43,861 nucleotides of DNA from a virus (taxonomy: Duplodnaviria; Caudoviricetes), in the IMG/VR virus record IMGVR_UViG_3300030329_000605, positions 1 through 43,861 of that record, one strand, 5' to 3'. The translations under genes were made by a program, and so were the position numbers. Numbering within the stretch: position 1 is the stretch's first letter; each line of letters opens with the position of its first letter. This document shows, one piece after another, positions 35,316-43,861 of this stretch. The notes beneath the pieces are model-generated. The model was not told the origin of the DNA. It did not search any database and was given only the letters and a program-made list of their open reading frames with translations.

Positions 35316-35504
35316 ATGTGTATAGGTAGTAAAAGTAGTCAAACAATGATTAAAGCAAAACCAACCGCTAAAAAAACAAAGAAAAGAAATGTTGGCACTG
35401 TAAGCGAAACTACTACCTCATCACCTGATAAGAAAATTGCTAAATTAAATAATACTTCAGGAATGAGTAATTATGATACAGGTAGCAATCTTAATATAAC
35501 ATAG
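35316..35504 (+). CDS. Small basic hypothetical protein (MC N-terminus)
   Basis: 62-aa ORF between scaffold and capsid; resembles 32649-32876 in composition. Confidence 0.6.
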   Translation: MCIGSKSSQTMIKAKPTAKKTKKRNVGTVSETTTSSPDKKIAKLNNTSGMSNYDTGSNLNIT

Positions 35505-35647
35505 TTGTGCAACCTTTATAGGTGGCAACTGCCAAGTAAATAAGTATATTATCTTTACCTTCCTGCGGGAAGACAATTTAGTATAAGAAGCTGAAAGTAC
35601 AAGGCTTTTATTAACAACAATAACCATAAATTCAAAGGAGAATAATT

Positions 35648-36625
35648 ATGGCAAACGCAACACCAGTTTCCGTTGGTCTAGTAAACAAAGCGGGAACAGA
35701 AGATGCACTGTTTCTAAAAGTTTTTGCAGGAGAAGTTCTTACTTCTTTTGACAGAGCTTCTAAGACAACAGGGCAAGAGATGGTTCGTTCTATCTCTAGT
35801 GGGAAGTCAGCAACATTTCCAGTAATGGGAAGAATTGATGCGGCTTATCATACAGCAGGAGCAGAAATTACTGGTTCTGATGTAAACCACAACGAAAAGG
35901 TTATTACAATTAATGACCTTTTAATATCTTCAGTGTTTTTATCAAACATTGAGGAAGCAAAAAATCACTGGGACGTAAGAAGTGCATACTCTGCTGAAAT
36001 CGGTAGAGCTTTAGCTTTCGTTAAAGACAAGCACGTTTTACAAACTATTGGTTTAGCGTCACAAGCGGCGGCAAACGTATCTGATACAGGATATGGTGCA
36101 GGTTCAACTGTGACAAATACCGACATCGCTAATGCGACTGCGGCTACAAGTGCTAATGGGTTTATCACAGCATTATTTGACTGTGCTAAAAACTTAGATA
36201 ACAACTACGTTCCTTCAGAAGGTAGAAAATGTTTCTTAGACCCTGAAATGTACTACAAGTTAGCTAATGCAACTAATGCTATTAACGTAGACTTTAGTGG
36301 TAAAGGCTCAATCGCAGAAGGTAAAGTAACAAAAATAGCAGGTATTGAATTAGTACCTATGGCTCATTTTGTGAAAGATGATGTAGGAACTTCAGACGTT
36401 GATGCAGGACAAACAGCTACAGGTGGTACACCTCAATCTGTGAACCTGACAAACTATGAAGGTCTTGTATCTCACCCTTCAGCAGTTGGTACTGTTAAAC
36501 TTATGGACTTGGCTGTTGAGTCAGAATATGACATCAGAAGACAAGGTACATTAATGGTCGCTAAATATGCTATGGGACACGGCGTCCTTAGACCTGAAGC
36601 GGCTGTAGGAATTAAAGAAGCGTAA
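35648..36625 (+). CDS. Major capsid protein (T7 gp10-like)
   Basis: ALFLKVFAGEVL.SF, SGKSATFP, EIGRALA, KYAMGHGVLRPEAA. Confidence 0.97.
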   Translation: MANATPVSVGLVNKAGTEDALFLKVFAGEVLTSFDRASKTTGQEMVRSISSGKSATFPVMGRIDAAYHTAGAEITGSDVNHNEKVITINDLLISSVFLSNIEEAKNHWDVRSAYSAEIGRALAFVKDKHVLQTIGLASQAAANVSDTGYGAGSTVTNTDIANATAATSANGFITALFDCAKNLDNNYVPSEGRKCFLDPEMYYKLANATNAINVDFSGKGSIAEGKVTKIAGIELVPMAHFVKDDVGTSDVDAGQTATGGTPQSVNLTNYEGLVSHPSAVGTVKLMDLAVESEYDIRRQGTLMVAKYAMGHGVLRPEAAVGIKEA

Positions 36626-36651
36626 TAGTTTCTTTATTACACCAATAGATT

Positions 36652-36674
36652 AGGGGGATTAACGTCCCCCTTTT
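36652..36674 (+). terminator. Terminator after capsid gene (T-phi-like position)
   Basis: agggggat-taac-gtccccct then T tract. Confidence 0.75.
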
Positions 36675-36689
36675 CTACTTATAATAACT

Positions 36690-36745
36690 TCAAGATATGC
36701 CTAGTGGGTATCTTGATTAACTCGCCTAAGAAAGGGGGAAATATG
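36690..36745 (+). promoter_or_regulatory. ROSE-like RNA thermometer leader of hsp20
   Basis: Hairpin tcaagatat(g)cc-tagt-gggtatcttga, then CTC(G)CCT pairing with the SD AGGGGG with a bulged G. Confidence 0.6.
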
Positions 36746-37138
36746 ACACTAGACTTAACACCATTCCGAGCTTTTTCGGTAGGTTTTGATGACCTATTTG
36801 ATGAGCTTAGAAGTTTTAAGACAGTTGGTTATCCGCCATATAACATTGAAAGAATGTCAGATGGTTTGTATAACATTTCAATGGCTGTTGCAGGGTTTTC
36901 AAAAGATGACCTTACAATTTCTGTCAAAGAAAATGTCTTAAAAGTAAAAGGAAAGAAAGAAAGTAAAGAGAAAGATTATCTTTACAAAGGTATTGGTGAA
37001 AGGTCTTTTGAACAATCATTTAAACTTGCGGAATTTACGGAAGTAAAAGAAGTTAAGTTAGAAGATGGTGTTCTAAACATTTCTTTGATTCAGAATTTAC
37101 CTGAAGATAAGAAAGAAAAGACAATCAAAATATCTTAA
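36743..37138 (+). CDS. hsp20: Small heat-shock protein Hsp20 (IbpA-like)
   Basis: VGFD.LF..YPPYNI..AVAGF..YLYKGI..RSF..F.LA..L.DGVL.I.L...PE. Confidence 0.95.
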   Translation: MTLDLTPFRAFSVGFDDLFDELRSFKTVGYPPYNIERMSDGLYNISMAVAGFSKDDLTISVKENVLKVKGKKESKEKDYLYKGIGERSFEQSFKLAEFTEVKEVKLEDGVLNISLIQNLPEDKKEKTIKIS

Positions 37139-37147
37139 TAACAAAGT

Positions 37148-37171
37148 CTAGGGGGGAGAAATCCCCTCTAG
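37148..37171 (+). terminator. GC hairpin after hsp20 (terminator-like or stabiliser)
   Basis: ctagggggga-GAAA-tcccctctag, 10 bp. Confidence 0.6.
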
Positions 37172-37201
37172 TTAATTTTAATAGAAGGATATAAATATAA
37201 T

Positions 37202-37312
37202 ATGATAAATAAAATAACAGAAATTATGTTAGAAGCAAAACACTTTTGGAGTGAACATAAAAAAGTAAGTATTGCTTTTGCAATAATTTTATTAATAGCA
37301 ATAATAATATAA
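37202..37312 (+). CDS. Small membrane peptide (36 aa)
   Basis: Read manually; HFWSEHKKVSIAFAIILLIAIII*. Confidence 0.55.
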   Translation: MINKITEIMLEAKHFWSEHKKVSIAFAIILLIAIII

Positions 37313-37316
37313 TATA

Positions 37317-37928
37317 ATGGCAACACAAATTACACCTACTACTGAATTACAAGCAGTTAATCAAATGTTGAGTGTTATAGGAGAAGCTCCTGTAAACTCA
37401 ATTACAGGGACAGTAACTACCGATGTATCTGTCGCTAAAAACATTTTAGATGAAACTTCAATGTCAGTTCAATCAATGGGGTGGAATTTTAATACCCATT
37501 ATGCTTATACACTCGCAAGAGATACAGACAATAAAGTACCTTTACCATCTAACTGCGTACAAGCCGATGCTTCTGCACAATACCGAGATAGAAATTTAGT
37601 TATTCGTAATGGTTTTCTATATGATATGGACGACCATACCGATGTGTTTGGAACATCAACAACCCTACCTACAGTGGACTTAGTCTTAGTCCAACAATTT
37701 GAACAACTCCCTGAATATGCAAGGCAATATATAGCAACAAAAGCCGCTAGACGTTTTGCTTCAAGATTTATTGGAGATAAAGGAATTACTGAATTGGCAG
37801 GAAATGATGAGCAAGAAGCACTAGCCGCTTTTAGACAAGCGGATAGCAGAAGTGCTGATGCTAATATGTTAGAAGGTGATATGAATACTTATTCAATCAT
37901 AAACAGGACTACTAGAAGGACTTACTAA
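37317..37928 (+). CDS. Tail tubular protein A (T7 gp11-like)
   Basis: TELQAVN.ML..IGEAPV, VQS.GWNFN, F..LPE.AR.YI..KAAR.F. Confidence 0.95.
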   Translation: MATQITPTTELQAVNQMLSVIGEAPVNSITGTVTTDVSVAKNILDETSMSVQSMGWNFNTHYAYTLARDTDNKVPLPSNCVQADASAQYRDRNLVIRNGFLYDMDDHTDVFGTSTTLPTVDLVLVQQFEQLPEYARQYIATKAARRFASRFIGDKGITELAGNDEQEALAAFRQADSRSADANMLEGDMNTYSIINRTTRRTY

Positions 37929-40423
37929 TGGGACAAGTGATTTCACAATCCGTACCAAATTTTCTAAATGGTATGTCTCAACAAACCCCTTCACAACGTG
38001 GTATTAATCAAGGTCAAGACCAAGTTAATTGTCAAAACAACATTGTAGATGGGTTATCAAAGAGACCACCTTTAGAATATGTAGCTACACTAGATTCTAC
38101 AAATGTATTTCCTAATACTGCTAAGATATGGAGTATACAAAGAGATGCGTCAAATAGATATTTATGTGCGTTCTATGACAATGGAGTTAAAGTTTATGAT
38201 TTAGCAGGTAATGAAAAAACTGTAAGTTATCCTGATGGTGATACTTACCTTAATTCTACAAATCCTAAAAATGATTTTCGTATGGTTAATATTGCGGATT
38301 ATACTTTTGTAGTTAATAAGTCAATTACACCTGCGGCTGACAGTACAACAACTGCGGCAAAAGTAGAGGAATTTCACGTCTACTGTAAATCAACTAATTA
38401 TGGTAGAGAATATAAAGTAGCATTAAAACACGAAGATTGGGCTTATGAAATAGAATGTATATTTCAAATTCCCACAGGAAATGATGCGTCTACAGATAGT
38501 AAATATAGAGATACAAATAAAGTAACAGATATATTAATGAAAGGACAATCTAGTTCTCATTATAATTCTAGTGCAAATGGTATTGATTTTAAAACAATTA
38601 GAACAGATACAGGAGCAACATTATCTACAAATGGATTATCAAACTTTTCTGATATAAATACTTATTTTGATTTTGAACAATTTGATTCTGTTATTTATGG
38701 AAAAATTATTAACCAAGCTAAAACTTATACAATAAGTACGGCTGATGGTTCAGGTAATACAGCGATGTATGCAATTAAAGATACAATACAAGATTTTACA
38801 AAATTACCTTACTATGGAAAAACAGGAACTATTGTTAAAGTAACAGGTGATGAAGGAGATACTCTTTCTGATTACTATGTTAAATTTGATGGTATGGGTG
38901 TGTGGACAGAAACTATTGCACCTGCAACAAGTGTCGGTTTAGATGATACTACAATGCCTCACGCATTAATTAATAATAATGATGGTACATTTACATTTAA
39001 AAAATTAGATTGGACAGATAGAGTTTGTGGTGATGCTACAGACACTAATCCTAATCCTTCATTTGTAGGAAAAACAATACAGAATTTAACATATTATAAA
39101 AATAGATTAGGACTGTTATCAGGAGAGAATTTAATTTTAACTGAAAATGCTAGTTACTTTAATTTCTTTGCTACAACAGTTACACAAGTTTTAGATACTG
39201 ACCCTATTGATATAGCGGCTTCAGGAACACAAGTTAATACATTGAAACACTCAGTAGGATTTAATGAAACATTATTATTATTCTCTGATACAGCTCAATA
39301 TAAACTTGACCACGCAGGAGATACTATAAGTCCAACTACTGCTATCTTAAATGAAGTGTCAAGTTTTGAACACGATGATTCAGTAACACCGATTGCGGCG
39401 GGTAAGTTTGCTTACTTTGCTCAAGCTAGAACAAACAATACAGCAATAAGAGAATATTATGCTGATGATGATACATTAACAAATGATGGTTTAGATATTT
39501 CAGTTTCAGTACAAAGTCTAATACCTTCTAATGCTTATCAAATTGTAAGTAATACTGTTGAAGATTGTATGGCAATTCTATGTGATGACACAGCAGACAC
39601 ACAAGTTGCACCTTATACTATAGGTACAGATATAGCACCAACTAATGCTGATACTATGTATATTTATAAATATTTCTTTGATGGTGGAGAAAAAGTACAA
39701 ACAGCTTGGTCTAAATGGGAATTTAGTGGTGTTAAAATATTAGGTGGTATGTCTGTAGAAAGTAATATTTATTTATTTACTGTTGAAGGACAAGATACAA
39801 AATTATTTAAAATAGATTTAAGAAATTTAAAAGATGAAACATTAGGACACGGAATATACCTTGATAAAAGAACTTCAGTTACAGGTTCATATTCTAGTAC
39901 AACAGGTTTAACAACTGTAACTTCTCCGTATGGAGCTAAAACAGGTTTAAAAGCTGTAGATAAAACTGATGGAGCAGATTATACTTTAACATTTGTTAGT
40001 GGTTCTAATTATACTTTAGAAGGAAATCATACAGATTTATGGATAGGTGTACCTTTTGAATCTAAGTATACATTATCAACACAATACGTTAGAGAAAATA
40101 CTGGTAGAGGGCTTTTAGCTGTAACTACAGGTCGTTACCAAATTAGAAATATAGCATTAACTTATGAAAATTCAGGTTTCTTCACAGCAGAAGTAACACC
40201 TGAGAATAGAAGTAAATCTACAACTGTAATGAACGGATATGTTCTAGGGACATCAGGTAGTACCATTGGGTCTGCCGCATTGTCTTCAGGAACTATTAAA
40301 GTACCAATACAATGTAGAAATACCGATTTTACTTTTGACATTATCTCTAGTTCACACTTACCTATGTATATAGCAAGTGCTGAAGTAGAAGGTTTATACC
40401 ATAACAGAGCAACAAGGATATAA
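37928..40423 (+). CDS. Tail tubular protein B (T7 gp12-like)
   Basis: ISQSVPN..NGMSQQ, GL.KRPP, ADYTFVVN, PSFVG, KNRLG, DPID, Q.AWSKW. Confidence 0.96.
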   Translation: MGQVISQSVPNFLNGMSQQTPSQRGINQGQDQVNCQNNIVDGLSKRPPLEYVATLDSTNVFPNTAKIWSIQRDASNRYLCAFYDNGVKVYDLAGNEKTVSYPDGDTYLNSTNPKNDFRMVNIADYTFVVNKSITPAADSTTTAAKVEEFHVYCKSTNYGREYKVALKHEDWAYEIECIFQIPTGNDASTDSKYRDTNKVTDILMKGQSSSHYNSSANGIDFKTIRTDTGATLSTNGLSNFSDINTYFDFEQFDSVIYGKIINQAKTYTISTADGSGNTAMYAIKDTIQDFTKLPYYGKTGTIVKVTGDEGDTLSDYYVKFDGMGVWTETIAPATSVGLDDTTMPHALINNNDGTFTFKKLDWTDRVCGDATDTNPNPSFVGKTIQNLTYYKNRLGLLSGENLILTENASYFNFFATTVTQVLDTDPIDIAASGTQVNTLKHSVGFNETLLLFSDTAQYKLDHAGDTISPTTAILNEVSSFEHDDSVTPIAAGKFAYFAQARTNNTAIREYYADDDTLTNDGLDISVSVQSLIPSNAYQIVSNTVEDCMAILCDDTADTQVAPYTIGTDIAPTNADTMYIYKYFFDGGEKVQTAWSKWEFSGVKILGGMSVESNIYLFTVEGQDTKLFKIDLRNLKDETLGHGIYLDKRTSVTGSYSSTTGLTTVTSPYGAKTGLKAVDKTDGADYTLTFVSGSNYTLEGNHTDLWIGVPFESKYTLSTQYVRENTGRGLLAVTTGRYQIRNIALTYENSGFFTAEVTPENRSKSTTVMNGYVLGTSGSTIGSAALSSGTIKVPIQCRNTDFTFDIISSSHLPMYIASAEVEGLYHNRATRI

Positions 40424-40905
40424 TGGAAAAAGAAAACTATGTACGTCCCGCAGTATTAGCTGACGTATTACAATTAGCACCTAAAATGCGTAAAGCAGAT
40501 AGGGAAGAAGTAAGAGCATCAAATGGAGTTTCTCCGTTAGAGGCTTTAGTTACTCCGTTTACTTATGACGGAAGTAGAAATTATACAATCATTGGCACAG
40601 CCAGTGAAGGAGTAATAGGTATGTTTGGGGTTGCTCCAACAAAAGACCCTGAATATGGTGTAGCTTGGTTATTATCAAGTGAAGACTTATTTAAACATAC
40701 AAAACAATTTATTAAGGAATGTCCTTACTGGGTTTCTAAAATGGGTCAAGGATATACTTATATATACAACTGGGTTGATAGAAGAAATTGGAAGTCATTA
40801 AAATGGCTACAGTTTCTAGGCTTTGAACCTAAAGAAGAAATTAAAGAATACGGGGTAGGAAAATTACCCTTCTTATTAATGATAAAGGAGACAAATAAAG
40901 AATAA
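40423..40905 (+). CDS. Internal virion protein A (T7 gp13-like, acetyltransferase-like fold)
   Basis: R.ADREE..A, AWLL, N.VD.RN..S.KWL.FLGF. Confidence 0.85.
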   Translation: MEKENYVRPAVLADVLQLAPKMRKADREEVRASNGVSPLEALVTPFTYDGSRNYTIIGTASEGVIGMFGVAPTKDPEYGVAWLLSSEDLFKHTKQFIKECPYWVSKMGQGYTYIYNWVDRRNWKSLKWLQFLGFEPKEEIKEYGVGKLPFLLMIKETNKE

Positions 40906-41429
40906 TGTGTGGAGCTAATGCTATGATGGTCGCTTCGGCGGCACTACAAGTAGGTACAGCAGTCTTAGATTATCAAGATAAGAAAAATGCGGCTAAAATG
41001 AAAAGAGCCGATAATCAAGTTGCTATGGGTCATTATAATGAAGCCTACTTATATGATTTACAGAAAATTGATAATGAAGCAGGTAATGCTCATAGAGAAA
41101 AAGCATTAGAAGAATTTAAAATTAAACAAGAAAAAAATAAAAATATGGCTATGGCTCTCAATGCAGGATTTGGAAATCCATTTAGAGTAGTACAAGATAT
41201 TTCAGGTGCGGCAGATTTAGATTATAACTACATTGGTTTTCAATATAATAAAGATATGGTTACATTACAAAACCAAGAGAATGAAGCATATGCTAATTTG
41301 GTTAAAGGATATAGTAGTCTTACTTCTCCTACTGAACCTAGTCTAATAGGAACAGGATTACAAATTGCTAGTGCAGGAGTAAACTATAGAACTGAAGATT
41401 TAAAACGACAAGGTAAATGGAATACATAA
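40905..41429 (+). CDS. Internal virion protein B (T7 gp14-like position)
   Basis: MC N-terminus, size and synteny. Confidence 0.7.
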   Translation: MCGANAMMVASAALQVGTAVLDYQDKKNAAKMKRADNQVAMGHYNEAYLYDLQKIDNEAGNAHREKALEEFKIKQEKNKNMAMALNAGFGNPFRVVQDISGAADLDYNYIGFQYNKDMVTLQNQENEAYANLVKGYSSLTSPTEPSLIGTGLQIASAGVNYRTEDLKRQGKWNT

Positions 41430-41430
41430 T

Positions 41431-43617
41431 ATGGCATATAAATCACAAGTAACTAATAAGTATATGGGCTCAGGATTCAAAGGAGCTCCTAAAAGCAACA
41501 CAACTACAGAATTAACTCAGATTGTTAAAGCTCTTAAAGAAGACTTTAATCCTGCTTTTAAGAACTATGTTGATACTTATATAGATAAAAAACAAGATGA
41601 TGCCGCTATAAAAGTACAAGGTCTTTATGCGTCAGGTATGACTGCTGATGCAATATCTAAAGAAATACTTGATGGTAAACACCCTGATTTAGAAGGTAAA
41701 TATGTTAAAGCAGTTGTTGATGGATATGCAGGAACATTTGAAGCAGGTGAAGTTATTAAAAAGATTAATGAAGCTAAAGCGGCGGGAGATTACAGCATAG
41801 AAGATGGTATAAGTATTGAAACATTTTGGAAAGGACATCTTCCTAAATTTACAGATAAAAGTTCAGCGTGGACTACAGGTTTTGCTACTATATTTAATAA
41901 ATATAGAGCTACAGAATTACAAGAAGATGCTAAATTAAGAGGAGCATTTAGAGAAAGTAAAAAAGTAGAAGGTATACACGGAGTTATAGATGCACATATT
42001 ATTACAGAAAATGCGGCAAAAAAGAAAGTTAATGGTTCAGATTTATGGGCTATTGTCAATTCCTATATCGGAAAACTTCCTAAAGTAGATGGATATAAAG
42101 AAAATGTTTTTATAAGTAAAGAAACAGCTAATAATGCTATGTATGAATATGCTTATAAATTATGGCGTGATGCTGAGACTCAAGAAGAATTAGAAATTGC
42201 TAAATCTATTCTCTATGATAAAAGAGTGGATATAAAAGGAAATACATTAGATTCATTATTTAAAATTGGTAAAAAAGAAGTTGTTGATTTAGTAGGTAGT
42301 ATTGAAACTAAAATGATAACCTTAGAAAATCAAAGAGTTCAAGAAGAAGAAAGAGAATGGGTACTAGAACGAAGAAGTGGTTTAGTTGAATTATTTTCAT
42401 TAGAAAATGGTTCTGAAGAATTTAAAAAGAAAAGAGATGCCTTAGTTGCACTACACCCTGACTTACAAGATGACATACAAACTATTATAAAATACAACGC
42501 TATGGCATCAGAAGATTCAGGTAAAATTGCAGATATTACAAATAATGCAATCAATGGAGAATATAATTATAAAGAAGCAGATTTAAAAGAAGCATTAAAT
42601 GATGCTAATGCTACATCTGAGACAAGAATATCTATATATAAATCAGTTAAAGAAGCTGAAAGATATGAAATGAATGGTTGGCAAAGTCCTTATAATGATA
42701 CTAGAGTAAATAACTTGGTTTCTTCTATTGCTGATGTCTTACAGAAGAAAATGCCAGTAATGGCTAAATATGATTCAGGTAAGGGTGCACAGATTCTTTC
42801 AGATTTAGTAGAATTTGATGTTAGAAGAGAATATATAGCGTGGTTAAAAAATAATAAAAGACCTGATGCTAACTCTACACCTGCTGACCACGATAAGTGG
42901 GAAATAGCCAAACAAGAATTTATAGAAAAAACATATAATGATAAAATAAAATTATATGATAATAAGGATTGGAAAGAGACTTTAAAAAACATTATTATGT
43001 TAGATAGTGAAAATGATGACTTTGATTTAGATGATGTTCCAACAGAATATTATGATGAAATTGTTAAATCTACTATTAAAGAATGGAACGTAAAAGACTC
43101 TGAAGGTAAAACAGGTTTTGCAAAATTAATAGAAACAGCAGATAGAGATTTAATGCCTCTTGTGGAATTAATCCAAAAAGATGATAGATTTAAGAAATTA
43201 ATAAGTAGCTCAGGATTTCAAGCATTTTTAAAACTTGATAAAACAGGAGCATCAGCAGAAAGAATAGCTCAAAAGATATTACAAGATGCAGGTATAGTCG
43301 GAAAAGATTATACAGAAGCACTTATACAAGCGGCAGATACAATTAATAGTTTTGTCGGTGAAGGAGTTATATTACCTGAAATTCAAAAAGATGATTTTTG
43401 GAGTTTTAAAGTAGATGAAAAACAGGAAAGTATTGATGCTAGAAAGAAGATATTTAAAGATACTTTAACTTCAATTATAGGAAGAGATGCAACTCAAGGA
43501 TTGTTAGTTCAATTACAAAAATATCAACCTGAAATTATAACTACTTTAGCTCAAGCATTTAATTTATCCACAGAAGACTTTGGAAACTTAATTAACAAAG
43601 AAGGATATTTACAATAA
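41431..43617 (+). CDS. Internal virion protein C (T7 gp15-like position)
   Basis: 728 aa between the gp14-like and gp16-like ORFs. Confidence 0.68.
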   Translation: MAYKSQVTNKYMGSGFKGAPKSNTTTELTQIVKALKEDFNPAFKNYVDTYIDKKQDDAAIKVQGLYASGMTADAISKEILDGKHPDLEGKYVKAVVDGYAGTFEAGEVIKKINEAKAAGDYSIEDGISIETFWKGHLPKFTDKSSAWTTGFATIFNKYRATELQEDAKLRGAFRESKKVEGIHGVIDAHIITENAAKKKVNGSDLWAIVNSYIGKLPKVDGYKENVFISKETANNAMYEYAYKLWRDAETQEELEIAKSILYDKRVDIKGNTLDSLFKIGKKEVVDLVGSIETKMITLENQRVQEEEREWVLERRSGLVELFSLENGSEEFKKKRDALVALHPDLQDDIQTIIKYNAMASEDSGKIADITNNAINGEYNYKEADLKEALNDANATSETRISIYKSVKEAERYEMNGWQSPYNDTRVNNLVSSIADVLQKKMPVMAKYDSGKGAQILSDLVEFDVRREYIAWLKNNKRPDANSTPADHDKWEIAKQEFIEKTYNDKIKLYDNKDWKETLKNIIMLDSENDDFDLDDVPTEYYDEIVKSTIKEWNVKDSEGKTGFAKLIETADRDLMPLVELIQKDDRFKKLISSSGFQAFLKLDKTGASAERIAQKILQDAGIVGKDYTEALIQAADTINSFVGEGVILPEIQKDDFWSFKVDEKQESIDARKKIFKDTLTSIIGRDATQGLLVQLQKYQPEIITTLAQAFNLSTEDFGNLINKEGYLQ

Positions 43618-43859
43618 TGGGATTAATAAAAGAACCTAATTATAATGTCACAGGTATTGTTGTACCAAAAGATACAACTGCATTTGATACTTCTATAGAT
43701 GACCCATTTAATTATGATTTTGCTATAAGACGAGCTGAAGAAGAAAAAAGAAAGTATGATGCGATGAAAAGAGCTGAAAGAAAAAAGATGGCTCTTGATA
43801 AATTAATGTCTGATGAGTTTAGTGAAACACTTAGAAGATTTTACACAGCGAATCAGACT
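43588..43859. repeat. Second copy of the 272-bp assembly overlap (includes the gp16-like start at 43617)
   Basis: Identical to 4-275. Confidence 0.93.
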
Positions 43860-43861
43860 AG

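Noticed and set aside
36704-36742. GTG start giving a 13-aa longer Hsp20
   Set aside because: The GTG is buried in the leader hairpin; ATG 36743 has the SD and matches typical Hsp20 N-termini
37532-37545. Partial promoter-like TAAAGTACC inside gp11 (also about 40297 in gp12)
   Set aside because: Lacks the third C and the downstream TAG; explained by Lys-Val-Pro codons
1640-42992. Minus-strand ORFs in the track (e.g. 1640-1942, 4800-5384, 28465-28764, 34337-34606, 42690-42992)
   Set aside because: All are antisense shadows of well-supported + strand genes with no recognisable motifs
43588-43859. Terminal direct repeat as the phage's physical DTR
   Set aside because: It lies in the gp15/gp16 coding junction; T7-like ends are expected between terminase and early genes, so this is a circular-assembly overlap

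Overview
The window is an apparently complete, circularly permuted genome of an AT-rich T7-like podovirus (Autographiviridae-like). The unit length is about 43,584 bp, because bases 4-275 recur at 43588-43859 as an assembly overlap. Low GC and gene content suggest a marine alphaproteobacterial (SAR11/pelagiphage-like) host; this is inference. All credible genes are on the + strand. In biological order: a non-coding terminal/early control region (about 15350-16175); small early genes; single-subunit RNA polymerase; SSB, endonuclease I, a gp3.5-like amidase, primase/helicase, family A DNA polymerase, exonuclease, DUF3310, a SpeD-like decarboxylase and class I RNR (nrdA/nrdB); portal, scaffold, capsid, Hsp20, tail tubes, internal virion proteins and a tail-fibre cluster containing a 2OG-Fe(II) oxygenase; lysis/membrane genes, terminase and a pesticin-like muramidase. 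No integrase, tRNA or CRISPR array was seen. The main non-obvious signals are RNA- and micro-ORF-level. (1) A complete type I hammerhead ribozyme lies in the early operon (16476-16531), preceded by a hairpin whose loop can invade its stem I. (2) A ROSE-like thermometer precedes hsp20. (3) Six copies of a phage promoter TAAAGTRCCCN..TAG occur, one pointing leftward. (4) Unannotated micro-ORFs include a 20-aa poly-lysine peptide before the capsid gene and a Cys/His-rich metallothionein-like peptide. (5) The gp3.5 amidase appears catalytically dead. (6) A GAGCT tandem repeat abuts the RNAP-gene promoter.
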